Below, one piece after another: positions 62,366 to 64,000 of a DNA stretch of 64,000 nucleotides (position 1 is the first letter of the stretch; each line of letters begins with the position of its first letter). Below the pieces are notes generated by a model that had not been told where the DNA came from, ran no database searches, and worked only from the letters and a program-made list of their open reading frames with translations. The stretch is from Squalus acanthias (lineage: Eukaryota), in the NCBI GenBank assembly GCA_030390025.1, contig CM059432.1, forward strand, positions 69,070,001-69,134,000. Reading direction: 5' to 3'. A program made the translations under genes and the position numbers.

Positions 62366-64000
62366 TGGTAATGTGTTAAGAGGCTGGATTAATTAATGAT
62401 CTCGAAGTGAAGGATCCTCTTGGGAAGAGTGATCATAGCATGGTAGAATTTCAAATTCAGTTTGAGGGTGAGAAAGCTAGGTCTCAAACTAGTGTCCTGA
62501 ACTTAAACAAAGGTAATTACAAAGGTATGAAGGCAGACTTGGTTAAAGTGGACTGGGAAAATGTATTACAGAGTAAGACTGTAGAAAAGCAGTGGCAAAC
62601 ATTTAAGGAGATATTTCATAACTCTCAGCAAAGATATATTCCAGTGAGAAAGAAAGACTCTAAGAGAAGGATGAACCATCCGTGGCTAACTAAGGAAGTA
62701 AAGGATGGTATAAAATTGAAAACAAAGGCATACAATGTTGCAAAGAATAGTGGAAGGCCAGAGGATTGGGAACTTATTGAAAACCAGCAAAGGACAACTA
62801 AAAAAATGATTAAGAGAGAGAAGATAGCTTATGAGAGTAAGCTAGCAAGAAATTTAAAAACAGACAGTAAGAGCTTCTACAGGTATATAAAAAGGAAGAG
62901 AGTAGCTAAAGTAAACGTTGGTCCCCTAGAGGATGAGTCTGGGAATTAATAATGGGAAACAGGGAAATGGCGGAGACTTTGAACAAATATTTTGTATCGG
63001 TCTTCACAGTAGAAGGCACTAAAAGCATCTCAATAATGGATAATCAAGGGTCTATTGGGCTGGGGGGGGGGGGGGGAGGGGGGAACTTACAACAATGACT
63101 ATCACTAGAGAAAAAGTACTAGGCAAACTAATGGGACTAAAGGTGGACAAGTCCCCTGGACCAGATGGCCTGCATCCTTGGGTCTTAAAAGAGGTGGCTG
63201 CAGAGATAGTGGATGCATTGGTTGCAACATACCAACATTCACTGGATTCTGGAGAGGTCCCAGCGGATTGGAAAACCGCAAATGTAACGCCCCTATTTAC
63301 GAAAGGAGGGAGACAGAAAGCAGGCAACTATAGACCAGTTAGCCTAACATCTGTCATTGGGAAAATGCTGGAGTCCATCATTAAGGAAGTGGTAGCAGAA
63401 CATTTAGAAAATCATAATATAGTCAAGCAGAGACAGCATGGTTCTATGAAAGGGAAATCATGTTTGACAAATTTGCTGGAGTTCTATGAGGATGTAACGA
63501 GCAGGGTGGATAAAGGGGAAACCAGTAGATGTCATGTATTTGGATTTCCAGAAGGCATTCGATAAGGTGCCACATAAATGCTTACTGCACAAGATATGAG
63601 CTCACGGGGTTGGGGGTAATATATTAGCATTGATAGAGGATTGGCTAACTAACAGAAAACAGAGAGTCAGGATAAATGGGTCATTTTCAGGTTGGCAAAC
63701 TGTAACTAGTGGTGTGCCACAGGGATCAGTGCTGGGGCCTCAACTATTTACAACCTACATTCATGATTTGAATGAAGGGGCCGAGTGTAATGTAGCCAAA
63801 TTTGCTGATGATACAAAGATAGGTGGAAAAGCAAATTGTGTGGAGAACGCAAAGAACCTCCAAAGGGATATAGATAGGCTAAGTGTGTGGGCAAAAATCT
63901 GGCAGATGGAGTATAATGTGGGAAAATGCGAGGTTATCCACTTTGGTAGGAAAAATAAAAAAGCAAATTATTATTTAAATGGGGAGAGATTACAAAATGC

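Larger units (their letters stand above)
55272..64000 (+). mobile_element. Outer CR1 (ORF1 55272-55789 and 61160-61593; ORF2 from about 61770, running off the window), split by an inner CR1
   Basis: The ORF1 zinc finger/leucine zipper and VVGDS motif stop at GAGTCCCGAAGGC and resume at GGCTGTGTTGCCTGCCC (CCLPSAR..HVGT); APE and RT motifs follow. Confidence 0.9.

Noticed and set aside
1..64000. Prokaryotic systems (retron, DGR, defence operon) suggested by the many RT ORFs
   Set aside because: All RTs belong to eukaryotic CR1-group, L2, Penelope or Gypsy elements, with no operon structure.

Overview
Eukaryotic, vertebrate-type DNA. The repeat families (CR1 LINEs with (TTCTTATG)n and (ATGACTCT)n tails, DeuSINE/SacSINE1-like tRNA SINEs, L2, Penelope-like elements, Harbinger, Gypsy) point to a cartilaginous fish, probably a shark; this is inference. 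No host protein-coding gene can be identified with confidence. Roughly two thirds of the window is transposable element sequence, much of it nested, and many junctions can be reconstructed from target-site duplications (TSDs). Main points: (1) Penelope-like elements carry minimal hammerhead ribozyme motifs; one young copy sits antisense in an older copy at almost exactly the homologous position, and two miniature fold-back insertions have 13-14 bp TSDs. (2) A complete 4.27 kb Harbinger element has an intact 3-exon Myb/SANT gene beside a multiply disabled transposase. (3) An 11.7 kb Gypsy element inside a CR1 contains five later insertions. (4) A Harbinger-type MITE family carries a conserved multi-hairpin module and splice signals. 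(5) A few isolated candidate exons, including a 15-nt microexon, lie in unique sequence. Coordinates were read by eye, and family names come from recalled motifs, not database searches.
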